From an uncultured Rikenellaceae bacterium (lineage in GTDB: Bacteria > Bacteroidota > Bacteroidia > Bacteroidales > VadinHA17): DNA of 64,000 nt. Positions 44,571-53,292 of the stretch are shown here, piece by piece (the first letter of the stretch is position 1; every line of letters starts with the position of its first letter). Both the position numbers and the translations under genes were made by a program. The stretch lies in NCBI GenBank assembly GCA_964613785.1, contig CAZTJT010000012.1, positions 37,065-101,064 on the forward strand. The letters are read 5' to 3'. The notes beneath the pieces were generated by a model that did not search any database, was not told where the DNA came from, and saw nothing but the letters and a program-made list of their open reading frames with translations.

Positions 44571-47507
44571 TCAGTATCTCTTGTCGGATTTTACCGGCAG
44601 TTTAGCCAGTTTTTCAGCTTCAAGCGATGGGAATCCCGACTCTTCAGTAACTTTGCCAAGGATGATGTATGTTCCGCTTCCCCTGAATGGATAATCTTTC
44701 AGGGATTGTGAAAAATGAGTGGTATCAAAGAAATTGCCTTCACTGTCGATGAAACATCCAAAATTCATCCATTCTCCCCTGTTGGTTTTAATATATTTGA
44801 TCGTGACCAGGTGACCAACCATTCTGACTTTTCTGCCAACATTCTGCAACATTTCACGTGCTTTTATCTCGCCGCGGAATGATGTTTCAAGCATGTCGAA
44901 CCAGCTCACCGATACGGGGAATCCGAAGAGTTCAATTTCATCATATGCATCATCCAGTGGATTGTATTCAAGGTCAGGAAGCGTGAAATTCCTTGCCGGT
45001 AGTGAAAAAAGAGGACGAATGTTTTCCACGGAGCCTTTATTCATCATCATATGTGCTTCCCATAGCAGGGAAGCCTTTTTTTTGCCGGTGAATCTGAAAG
45101 CTCCAGCCCTTATCAGCAGGACAACCTGTTCAAGGCCGGGGCACACCCTTGAAATAAAATCGTTCAGATCGCTGAACGGCCCGTCAGCGTTCCTTATTTC
45201 CTCGATTGATCTGGCAAGCTCTTCTTCAATATTCAGGATATGTATAAACCCCAGGTAAATATCGGTTCCGTATATGGTTGTCTTGTATGTGCTTTTATTC
45301 ACGCATGGAGGCTGGATGCTTGCTCCGTACCTTCTCGCTTCATGGACGTAGACCCAGGTTTTGTAAAAGCCGCCGAAATTGTTTATCACGGCAACCATGA
45401 ATTCAAGGGGGAAGTGGGCCTTCAGATAAAGACTTTGAAAGCTTTCAACAGCGTATGATGCTGAATGTGCTTTTGAGAATGAATAGCCGGCAAATGATTC
45501 TATCTGTCTCCATACTTCCCTTGTTATCTCTTCGCTGTAGCCCTTTTCACGGCAGTTTGTGAAGAATTTGTCGACTATCCGGTGCATTTCCTGCTTCGAC
45601 CTGTGCTTACCGCTCATGGCTCTCCTCAGGGTGTCGGCGTCTGAAAGGTCAAGACCTGCAAAATGGTGGCAAACTTTCAGCACATCTTCCTGATACACCA
45701 TTACCCCGTATGTCTCTTCAAGCTGTTCTTTCATCACCGGGTGGATGTATTTGAATTTGCCGGGGTTATGGAAACGGTAGATATACTCCCTCATCATTCC
45801 CGAACGAGCCACTCCCGGACGTATGATTGAACTAGCGGCCACAAGTGTAGGATAGTCTTCACACTTAAGTTTCTGCAGAAGCCCTCTCATTGAAGGGCTT
45901 TCAACATAAAAGCATCCCTTTGTCTCTCCCTTTCTCAGGAGTTCCTTAACGGCGGGATCGTTTTTGAACTTCTGGATCGCATGCACGTCAACATCAATTG
46001 CACGGTTTTTCATGATTATTTCTGCACTCTCGCGGATGTGTCCTATGCCGCGCTGGCTTAATATATCAAGCTTTTCAAATCCTATCTCTTCAGCAGTGTA
46101 CATGTCCCACTGGGTTGTGGGAAAACCTTTCGGCGGCATGTCGAGAGCAGTATAACAGGTCACGGGCTCTTCCGATATCAGTATTCCTCCCGCATGGATG
46201 CTCCTCATGTTTGGAAAATCGGCTATTTTCAGCCCTGTAGAGAAGATCAGATCGGTTATTTCGTTCCTGTTGGTTTCAGACGATGGGTTATCAATCAGTG
46301 AATCAATTTCTTCTTTCGGAAGGCCATGCACTTTTCCAAGTTCCCGCACAATTGACTTTCCCCTGAAAGTGCTCATCATTCCAAGGAGTGCAGTGTGGCT
46401 GTACCCGTACCTTTTAAAAATATAATCTATCACTTCGTCTCTTTCCTTCCATGAATAATCAATATCAAAGTCGGGGGGAGAACTCCTTTTCGGATTTATG
46501 AAACGTTCAAAGTAAAGGTTTAGATCGATAGGGTCAACATTGGTGATCTTCAGGCAGTAAGCTATTATTGAATTTGCACCGCTTCCGCGGCCTACATGAT
46601 AAAATCCCCTTGCCATTGAATATCTGACAATGTCCCAGGTAATAAGGAAGTACGCTGAGAATCCTAGTTTGTCAATTATCTCAAGTTCATGCTTAATTCT
46701 TCTTTCAGCCTCGGCATTATGTTTACCATATCTGTAAATCATTCCGTCCCAGGCCAGCTTTTCAAGTAAAAGCCTGTCATCGTATCTGCTGGCTGAAAAG
46801 ATTTTTTTGTTCTTGCTCCCCTCAAAATCAAAGTCCAGACAACAGTCATTGAGAAGCTTATCAGTGTTATCAGCTATCCATTGGTTCTTCTCCCTGAAGT
46901 TTTTGAGGGTAGCAGAATCAAGGAAAAACTCATCTTCTCCGGCACACTGTGATGCTTTTAGATGGCTAAGCAGTATGTTGTTGTCGATGGCTCTGAGGCT
47001 TCTGTGAATGAAAATATCATCTTTCGACGAGAAGGTTACCGGCTGAAGCAGCACCATCGATTGCCTGTCGGCCGAATGATTAAGCGTTATAAGGCTGTTG
47101 ATCTCCCGGGGTTTTATTCCGATCCTCTCATTTTCCGATAATCTTCTGCCCGGCCTTTTGCCAAGGAGGTAGATGATGTACGATTCTGAGAATTCTGGCG
47201 CGGGAAAGGGGATCTCTGTCTTTTCCGAATTTATTTTTGAGAGAAACTCGTTTAATTCCCTGAATCCTTTGTTGTTCCGTGCTATCCCTATATATTGCAG
47301 CTCATTTCCGTTTCTGAATTCTATTCCTGCCACGGGTCTTATTCCGTTTCTGAGGCATTCGCCTGCGAATTCCGGAATAGCTGTGGAGTTATTTATGTCG
47401 GTTAGTACAATGGCTTCTGCATTTACGTCGATAGCGCCTTTCACAAGCTGCCCGACTGACATCATGCCGTAACGCAGGCTGTAGTATGAGTGACAGTTCA
47501 GATACAT
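44571..47507 (-). CDS. dnaE2: Error-prone DNA polymerase III alpha-type subunit (DnaE2/ImuC)
   Basis: 978 aa. PHP-domain start MYLNCHSYYSLRYG, then GSGANSIIAYCL.IT.VDP, PDFDIDY, SIHAGG, GIGHI, FA.YSFSKAHSASYA. It lies downstream of a Y-family polymerase gene and next to a LexA-like repressor. Confidence 0.85.
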   Translation of the reverse strand: MYLNCHSYYSLRYGMMSVGQLVKGAIDVNAEAIVLTDINNSTAIPEFAGECLRNGIRPVAGIEFRNGNELQYIGIARNNKGFRELNEFLSKINSEKTEIPFPAPEFSESYIIYLLGKRPGRRLSENERIGIKPREINSLITLNHSADRQSMVLLQPVTFSSKDDIFIHRSLRAIDNNILLSHLKASQCAGEDEFFLDSATLKNFREKNQWIADNTDKLLNDCCLDFDFEGSKNKKIFSASRYDDRLLLEKLAWDGMIYRYGKHNAEAERRIKHELEIIDKLGFSAYFLITWDIVRYSMARGFYHVGRGSGANSIIAYCLKITNVDPIDLNLYFERFINPKRSSPPDFDIDYSWKERDEVIDYIFKRYGYSHTALLGMMSTFRGKSIVRELGKVHGLPKEEIDSLIDNPSSETNRNEITDLIFSTGLKIADFPNMRSIHAGGILISEEPVTCYTALDMPPKGFPTTQWDMYTAEEIGFEKLDILSQRGIGHIRESAEIIMKNRAIDVDVHAIQKFKNDPAVKELLRKGETKGCFYVESPSMRGLLQKLKCEDYPTLVAASSIIRPGVARSGMMREYIYRFHNPGKFKYIHPVMKEQLEETYGVMVYQEDVLKVCHHFAGLDLSDADTLRRAMSGKHRSKQEMHRIVDKFFTNCREKGYSEEITREVWRQIESFAGYSFSKAHSASYAVESFQSLYLKAHFPLEFMVAVINNFGGFYKTWVYVHEARRYGASIQPPCVNKSTYKTTIYGTDIYLGFIHILNIEEELARSIEEIRNADGPFSDLNDFISRVCPGLEQVVLLIRAGAFRFTGKKKASLLWEAHMMMNKGSVENIRPLFSLPARNFTLPDLEYNPLDDAYDEIELFGFPVSVSWFDMLETSFRGEIKAREMLQNVGRKVRMVGHLVTIKYIKTNRGEWMNFGCFIDSEGNFFDTTHFSQSLKDYPFRGSGTYIILGKVTEESGFPSLEAEKLAKLPVKSDKRY

Positions 47508-47521
47508 TTTTTAACAGATCA

Positions 47522-47682
47522 AGTGCCTAGAGTGCCTAGAGTGCCTAGAGTGCCTAGAGTGCCTAGAGTGCCTAGAGTGCATAGAGTGCCTGGAGTACTT
47601 AGAGTACCTAGAGTACTTCGAGTACTTAGAGTTTTGCTTTAATAACTTTTAAGTACTCCACACTTTAGCTCACTCCAAACTT
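47522..47682 (-). repeat. Leader module A: 12 x 9-bp tandem repeat (AGTGCCTAG consensus on the + strand) plus a conserved 41-bp segment, filling the dinB-like/dnaE2 intergenic space
   Basis: 47522-47629 holds 6 perfect AGTGCCTAG units and then 6 degenerate ones (AGTGCATAG, AGTGCCTGG, AGTACTTAG, AGTACCTAG, AGTACTTCG, AGTACTTAG). 47642-47682, ATAACTTTTAAGTACTCCACACTTTAGCTCACTCCAAACTT, is repeated at 49029-49068. The array ends 14 nt from the dnaE2 ATG. Confidence 0.95.
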
Positions 47683-48946
47683 AAAATCCGTACATAGCAT
47701 AGCCTTTCAGGCGTTCCTCCATCATTTTTTGCTCTTTTAACGCATTTTCAAGCTGTTTAACGGCTTTTTCCTCCCTTTCCAGTATTGTCATTACCCCGGA
47801 AGCTCTCCTCACTGCATCGGGCCCAAAACGTCTTCTGAGCTTATCCATGGCCATGTAAAGATTTACTTTTTCAGGCGTGTCGTCGAACATGTCGAGCTGT
47901 TGTACACCTCTTACCATGTGACTGAATCTGATTCCGATAAGTCTTATCAGCATCCTGCGCTGGTAAAGTTTCGAGAATAGTTCTTTTGCAACCTCTGTGA
48001 GTACATGGTCGAAAGAGGTGTATGGTATCCTCTTCTGAAGGGTGTGGGTGTCAAAATTTGAATATCTGATCTTGACGGTTACGCACGATGTCAGCTTCTC
48101 CTGACTCCGGAGGTCATAGGCAATCTTTTCCACCATCCCTGTAATAAGCCGGTTCAGCTTTGTAATGTCGGTGGTATCTTTTTCAAATGTATGTTCGGTG
48201 CTGATGGATTTCTGCTCGGAGTAGCTTATGACAGGTGTTGGGTCTATACCGTTGGCTTTTTTCCATATTTCAATCCCGTTTTTACCCATCAGTCTCTCAA
48301 GCATTTCAGCCGGAATGTTCCTGAGCGTATATATTGTTGCAATTCCCATCGAACGGAGAACATGATAGGTTTTCTGGCCGATCATCGGGATCTTGCTGAT
48401 CGACAGCGGATCTAGAAAGGGGAGGACTATCTCTTTGCCTATCTCGATCTCTCCGTTCGGCTTTGCCTCTCCGGTTGCAATTTTGGATACCGTCTTGTTT
48501 ACCGAGAGGCCTGCCGATACTGGCAGCCCTGTCTCTTTTATTATGCATTGCCTAAGCTCATGTGACCATTTGTGGCATCCGTAGAAACGCTCCATGCCAG
48601 TAAGATCAATGTAGTGCTCATCAATCGATGATTTCTCATACAGAGGCGACCTTTCTGCAATTATTTCCGTTACCATGTTCGAATATTTGCTGTACAACTC
48701 CATGTCACCACGTATGACAATTGCGTCGGGACACATGTTCCTGGCCATTTTCATGGGCATTGCAGAGCTAACCCCGTATTTGCGGGCTTCATAGCTGCAG
48801 CTAGAAACCACGCCCCTGTCCGACATGCCTCCTATTATAACAGGCTTTCCTGTAAGCCTGCTGTTCTTCAGCCTCTCAACCGACACGAAAAACGTGTCAA
48901 GATCAAGATGAAGTACGGTTCTCTCTATGTTACCGGAAATGAACAT
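47681..48946 (-). CDS. Y-family DNA polymerase (DinB/Pol IV-like, occupying the ImuB position)
   Basis: LHLDLDTFFVSVE, VVSSCSYEARKYGV and SIDEHYIDLTG show the catalytic Asp/Asp/Glu context is retained. Little-finger-like C-terminal half plus a charged ~45-aa tail. Confidence 0.8.
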   Translation of the reverse strand: MFISGNIERTVLHLDLDTFFVSVERLKNSRLTGKPVIIGGMSDRGVVSSCSYEARKYGVSSAMPMKMARNMCPDAIVIRGDMELYSKYSNMVTEIIAERSPLYEKSSIDEHYIDLTGMERFYGCHKWSHELRQCIIKETGLPVSAGLSVNKTVSKIATGEAKPNGEIEIGKEIVLPFLDPLSISKIPMIGQKTYHVLRSMGIATIYTLRNIPAEMLERLMGKNGIEIWKKANGIDPTPVISYSEQKSISTEHTFEKDTTDITKLNRLITGMVEKIAYDLRSQEKLTSCVTVKIRYSNFDTHTLQKRIPYTSFDHVLTEVAKELFSKLYQRRMLIRLIGIRFSHMVRGVQQLDMFDDTPEKVNLYMAMDKLRRRFGPDAVRRASGVMTILEREEKAVKQLENALKEQKMMEERLKGYAMYGF

Positions 48947-48952
48947 GTCGTA

Positions 48953-49085
48953 AGTGCCTAAAGTGCCTAAAGTGCCTAGAGTGCCTAGAGTGCCTAGAGT
49001 GCCTAGAGTACTTAGAGTTGATGGGATTATAACTTTAAGTACTCCACACTTTAGCTCACTCCAAACTTTTTTTCACTCCAAACTT
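48953..49085 (-). repeat. Leader module B: 7 x 9-bp tandem repeat plus the conserved 40-bp segment and an extra CACTCCAAACTT copy, directly upstream of the Y-family polymerase gene
   Basis: 48953-49015 holds AGTGCCTAA x2, AGTGCCTAG x4 and AGTACTTAG x1. 49029-49068 matches 47642-47682 apart from a one-T indel. CACTCCAAACTT is repeated at 49074-49085. The array begins 6 nt from the ATG at 48946. Confidence 0.95.
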
Positions 49086-49121
49086 TTTTTCCAATTATTT
49101 GCTTATTTCAAAATAATGTCT

Positions 49122-49167
49122 TATGTTTGATTAAAAATTAATCAATATTATGATTACAATATAATCA
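49122..49167 (+). promoter_or_regulatory. Candidate promoter and twin operator of the LexA-like gene (divergent with the polymerase operon)
   Basis: TATGTTTG (49122-49129) fits TAnnTTTG. Two 15-bp palindromes, GATTAaaaatTAATC (49129-49143) and GATTAcaataTAATC (49152-49166), have centres 23 bp apart and lie 13-50 nt before the ATG at 49179. Confidence 0.5.
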
Positions 49168-49178
49168 ATTTTTATAAT

Positions 49179-50006
49179 ATGTATTTTACTTCCAACATAA
49201 AATTTTTAAGAAAAAGAAAGGGCAGGACCCAGGATGAAGTTGCTGCTGCCCTTAATCTAAAACGTTCAACTCTAAGCGGTTACGAGAACGGTATAGCCCA
49301 ACCCGGAATAGATATACTGGTGTCTTTCTCGGGATATTTCAATATGTCGATAGATACGCTCCTGAAAATTGATATGACAAGACTCTCAGAGAGTCAGCTC
49401 GGAGAACTGGAAAGGGGATATGATGCATATATTAAAGGAAGCAATCTTCGTGTACTTGTTACAACTGTAAATCCTGAGAACAGAGAAAATATTGAACTTG
49501 TTGCTGAGAAAGCAAAAGCAGGCTATACAACAGGCTATGCCGATCCGGAATACATAGGCGACCTTCCGGTGTTCAGTCTTCCTTTCCTGTCAGATAAAAG
49601 AAAATACAGGACTTTCCAGCTTAAAGGCGACTCCATGCTGCCAATACCCGACGGATCATGGGTAACCGGTGAATACGTGCAGGACTGGTCCGATATAATA
49701 AGCGGCAAAGCTTATATTGTATTTACAATAAATGACGGTATCGTCTTTAAGATAGTTGAGAACAGGCTGATGATGGACGGAAGGCTCGTCCTTTATTCAC
49801 TTAATCCTGTTTATGAACCCTATGAAGTACATGTAAATGAGGTGAAAGAGATCTGGAAATTCGTAAATTATATAAGTGACGAACTACCTGAACCTGTTTT
49901 GCCGGAGAAACAGATAATCCAGTCTATCGCGTCAATGAAAAACGATCTCGAAAAAATAAAGGCAAAACTGGGCAGGGATATCTCCGATATCAGTGAAATA
50001 TGCTGA
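49179..50006 (+). CDS. XRE-HTH + S24 peptidase repressor (non-canonical LexA-like / CI-like)
   Basis: N-terminal HTH (LRKRKGRTQDEVAAALNLKRSTLSGYENG). A candidate Ala-Gly cleavage site (AKAGY). S24 catalytic context LKGDSMLP (Ser) and IVFKIVEN (Lys). It is divergent from the Y-family polymerase/dnaE2 genes. Confidence 0.8.
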   Translation: MYFTSNIKFLRKRKGRTQDEVAAALNLKRSTLSGYENGIAQPGIDILVSFSGYFNMSIDTLLKIDMTRLSESQLGELERGYDAYIKGSNLRVLVTTVNPENRENIELVAEKAKAGYTTGYADPEYIGDLPVFSLPFLSDKRKYRTFQLKGDSMLPIPDGSWVTGEYVQDWSDIISGKAYIVFTINDGIVFKIVENRLMMDGRLVLYSLNPVYEPYEVHVNEVKEIWKFVNYISDELPEPVLPEKQIIQSIASMKNDLEKIKAKLGRDISDISEIC

Positions 50007-50549
50007 TCATTTTCCGTATTGCCAGCATGTCCATTTCCCATTTTTAAAGGTTAATGGTAATTCCTCGTTTGCATCTAAGGTTTCGAGGTTGAATTCTACA
50101 TGAGGTAATTCCAGTAATGAACTGATATCCTTTTGATTGTCTCTGGCTCTGGAGGTCATTATTATGAACATTCCCGGCTCGACAGAATACCTGAGGGCTG
50201 GTGATTCACATACTACCGGTTTCCCTTCAGGAACAAGTTCCATTATCCTGCCAAATGCTTTATTCAGATATTCATCTGCCGCCCTGGCAAAATAAACCCC
50301 TGAAGCCCCAGCTCTAAGCATCCTTGAGGTATCCTTACCCGTTCCGGAATCGGTCTCCTGAAAAATATCAAATCCGGTATTCCTAGCAACCTCCTTTAGT
50401 CCGGGAGTAGTTTCATGAATATGTGGAGTTATCTTCACAGCAACAATACCTGTTTGCCTGAATTGTTCAATGATTCGACAAGCTATAGAGGTCTTGCCAG
50501 ATTTATTGCCTGTTCCGGCAATTATCACCAGATTGGGAATGAATATCAT
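50007..50549 (-). CDS. P-loop protein, MobB-like (molybdopterin-guanine dinucleotide biosynthesis adapter family)
   Basis: IAGTGNKSGKTSIA Walker A, VAVKITPHIHE and GKDTSRMLRAGASGVYF parallel the MobB pattern (SGKTTL...IKH.HH...GKDS.r...AGA). Its stop abuts the stop of the LexA-like gene. Confidence 0.45.
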   Translation of the reverse strand: MIFIPNLVIIAGTGNKSGKTSIACRIIEQFRQTGIVAVKITPHIHETTPGLKEVARNTGFDIFQETDSGTGKDTSRMLRAGASGVYFARAADEYLNKAFGRIMELVPEGKPVVCESPALRYSVEPGMFIIMTSRARDNQKDISSLLELPHVEFNLETLDANEELPLTFKNGKWTCWQYGK

Positions 50550-50694
50550 CTGTTTTGAAATGAAAGACTGACTTCAATGACTGAGCACCCTTTAAAGCAT
50601 TTATCGTATAATGTTGTATTAAAGGTTGGCCCTAAATGATTCCTGTTTATTAACAGTTAGGAATATCCGGATGAGGAGGATTTTCAGCTCCGGG

Positions 50695-51231
50695 TCATTC
50701 CTTCGTTAAATCAATTATTAGCTGTATGATCTTCTGATTCTCTGTTTCAGGTATTTTTCCTGTATAAATTGCACGGCAGATCCTGTTCTTGTCCACAATT
50801 ATCACACTGTAACTGTCTCTTGGTAATCCCCATAGATCCTGAAGCTTGGCATTGTAGTCGAAAAGGATGGTTGTGTCGTATTTCTTCGCTTTGTTACCCG
50901 CGATCATTCTTATCAATCCGTTAGGCTTCCATGTGGACTTACAGTCTACTATACCAAAGCCTTTGAAATACTCCTTGTTTATTATCTTATCCACATCTGT
51001 GGCTTTGTCAATGGCATCATTAAATGGATCGTTCAGATCTGACTCGTCGGGATCCACATAGTTTATCTGCAAAACTTTGCCTGGCCATGAGTCCATGGTA
51101 AATTCCTTTTTGTCAGCATCTGTGAAAACCCATTCTGGTGCTTTCATCCCTACTTCAAGCTTACCTTTCTGTGCAATTAAAGCCGGAAGGAGCAAAAGAA
51201 AGAAAAACGTGGTGAAAATCAGTTTCTTCAT
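50695..51231 (-). CDS. Secreted thioredoxin-fold protein (YtfJ/redoxin-like) with no CxxC visible
   Basis: Signal peptide, 178 aa, overall resemblance to YtfJ-type periplasmic proteins. Weak assignment. Confidence 0.35.
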   Translation of the reverse strand: MKKLIFTTFFFLLLLPALIAQKGKLEVGMKAPEWVFTDADKKEFTMDSWPGKVLQINYVDPDESDLNDPFNDAIDKATDVDKIINKEYFKGFGIVDCKSTWKPNGLIRMIAGNKAKKYDTTILFDYNAKLQDLWGLPRDSYSVIIVDKNRICRAIYTGKIPETENQKIIQLIIDLTKE

Positions 51232-51450
51232 AGGTTCGTTTTTTAAATTTGGCGAAATATATAAAATTTTTCACATAAATTAATTTTAAGGTTTATTTAC
51301 ATTAATCTGTTCAACAATATTACTTTTGCAGGCCTGAATCCGGCTTTACCATTTACCGATTACGGCAGGTGATTAAAACCGATGCGGGATATTACCCCCG
51401 ACTCCGCTAATTTAATATATCAAGTGAGTTAGGGATGTATGTATTTTTAT

Positions 51451-53232
51451 ATGCAAAAAATAAGAAATATAGCAATTATTGCACACGTCGATCACGGAAA
51501 AACAACTCTTGTTGACCGTATCATTCATGAATGCAGGGTTCTAGATGAACGTAAGCCGACTGGTGAGTTGATCCTCGACAACAATGATCTGGAGAGAGAA
51601 AGGGGAATTACCATAATTTCCAAGAATGTTTCGGTCAGTTATAAGGGAACGAAGATAAACATTATTGATACTCCCGGGCATGCCGATTTCGGAGGTGAAG
51701 TTGAGAGAGTTTTAAAAATGGCCGATGGTGTCCTTCTTCTTGTTGATGCTTTTGAGGGGCCGATGCCCCAGACAAGATTCGTTCTGGAAAAAGCAATAAA
51801 ACTGGGACTTAAACCGATTGTTGTTGTAAACAAAGTTGACAAGGAAAACTGCAGGCCCGATGAGGTTCAGCAGGACATCTTTGAGCTTATGTTCAATCTT
51901 GATGCCACAGATGATCAACTTGATTTTGAAACAATATTTGGATCATCCAAATACGGATGGATGAGCAGAGACTGGAAAGTGCCGTCAGGTGATATTACTC
52001 CTCTTCTTGATACGATTGTGGAGAAGATACCTGCTCCGGTCTATCATGAGGGCCCTGCTCAGATGCAGATCGCTTCACTCGACTATTCAAACTATGTTGG
52101 AAGAATTGCTATTGGCAGGGTTTTCAGGGGCGAAATCAGGGCCGGAATGGAATATACACTTTGTAAAAGGGGAGGTGAGGTCAGAAAAGTAAAGGTCAGG
52201 GAAATATACCTGTTTGAAGGACTTGGAAGGGTGAAGGCTGAAGTGGCAGGTTGCGGTGAACTATGTGCCGTAACAGGACTTGAAGATTTTGAAATAGGGG
52301 ATACCCTGGCCGATCTTCTCAATCCTGAAGCCCTTCAGAGAATTGAGGTGGATGAACCAACAATGAGCATGCTTTTCACAATCAATAACTCACCTTTGTT
52401 TGGAAAAGAAGGCAAATTTGTAACCTCGCGACATTTGAGGACAAGGCTTTTCAGGGAGACAGAAAAGAACCTTGCCCTGAGGGTTGAGGAGACTAAATCG
52501 GAGGATACCTTCATAGTCTACGGACGTGGAATATTGCATCTGTCAATACTGATTGAAACCATGAGAAGGGAAGGATATGAGTTTCAGGTCGGAAAGCCAA
52601 GGGTCATCTTCAAGGAAGTCGATGGCGTGAAATCTGAACCTTATGAGATACTTACTATTGATGTCCCATCCGAATTTTCGGGAAAGGTAATTGAACTTGT
52701 TACAGCACGGAAAGGAGAAATGGCTATTATTGAACCACGGGGCGAACTCATTCATCTTGAGTTTGATATTCCTTCAAGGGGACTTATTGGCCTCAGGAAT
52801 AACATGCTTACCGCCACTTCGGGCGAATCGGTAATGCATCACCGGTTCAGAGCCTACGACAAATACAAGGGGGATGACCTTCTTCCTGTCCAGAATGGAT
52901 CGCTTATATCCATTGAGCAGGGTTACGCCACTGGATATGCCATTGACAGATTACAGGATCGCGGAAGGTTTTACATTGATCCGGGTGATTATGTTTACAA
53001 GGGTCAGGTGATAGGGGAGAATACCCGGACGAAAGATATGGAGGTAAATGTCGTAAAAGGTAAAAAGCTGACAAATATGAGAGCTTCCGGATCCGACGAG
53101 AGCCTCAGGATTGCTCCCCGACTGAGATTCTCGCTTGAAGAATTGATGGAACAGATTAAGGATGATGAATATCTTGAAGTTACCCCTTTAAGTTTGAGAA
53201 TACGAAAAATACCTTTCAGGAAATCAGTCTAG
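51451..53232 (+). CDS. typA: Translational GTPase TypA/BipA
   Basis: IRNIAIIAHVDHGKTTLVD, DTPGHADFGGEVER and NKVD, with the domain order of BipA. Start taken at MQKIRN (51451). Confidence 0.95.
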   Translation: MQKIRNIAIIAHVDHGKTTLVDRIIHECRVLDERKPTGELILDNNDLERERGITIISKNVSVSYKGTKINIIDTPGHADFGGEVERVLKMADGVLLLVDAFEGPMPQTRFVLEKAIKLGLKPIVVVNKVDKENCRPDEVQQDIFELMFNLDATDDQLDFETIFGSSKYGWMSRDWKVPSGDITPLLDTIVEKIPAPVYHEGPAQMQIASLDYSNYVGRIAIGRVFRGEIRAGMEYTLCKRGGEVRKVKVREIYLFEGLGRVKAEVAGCGELCAVTGLEDFEIGDTLADLLNPEALQRIEVDEPTMSMLFTINNSPLFGKEGKFVTSRHLRTRLFRETEKNLALRVEETKSEDTFIVYGRGILHLSILIETMRREGYEFQVGKPRVIFKEVDGVKSEPYEILTIDVPSEFSGKVIELVTARKGEMAIIEPRGELIHLEFDIPSRGLIGLRNNMLTATSGESVMHHRFRAYDKYKGDDLLPVQNGSLISIEQGYATGYAIDRLQDRGRFYIDPGDYVYKGQVIGENTRTKDMEVNVVKGKKLTNMRASGSDESLRIAPRLRFSLEELMEQIKDDEYLEVTPLSLRIRKIPFRKSV

Positions 53233-53292
53233 CATTTTTGAACTGGAGAGACTATATCTTGTTGAAAAGAACCGCAGTGCCATTTACCGCAT

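Noticed and set aside
47522-49015. The tandem arrays could be a CRISPR array.
   Set aside because: The units are 9 bp and directly abutting, with no spacers. There are no cas genes in the window. The arrays lie in gene leaders.
49179-50006. The XRE+S24 repressor could be a prophage CI repressor marking a prophage.
   Set aside because: There are no phage structural, replication or lysis genes on either side. The neighbours are polymerase genes typical of a LexA-linked mutagenesis cassette, and housekeeping genes.
51321-51450. The ~120-nt leader upstream of typA, after a TACTTTTG -7-like element, could be a riboswitch or attenuator.
   Set aside because: I could not fold a convincing conserved structure or recognise any known riboswitch core by eye. 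It would need a covariance-model scan (Rfam) to revisit.
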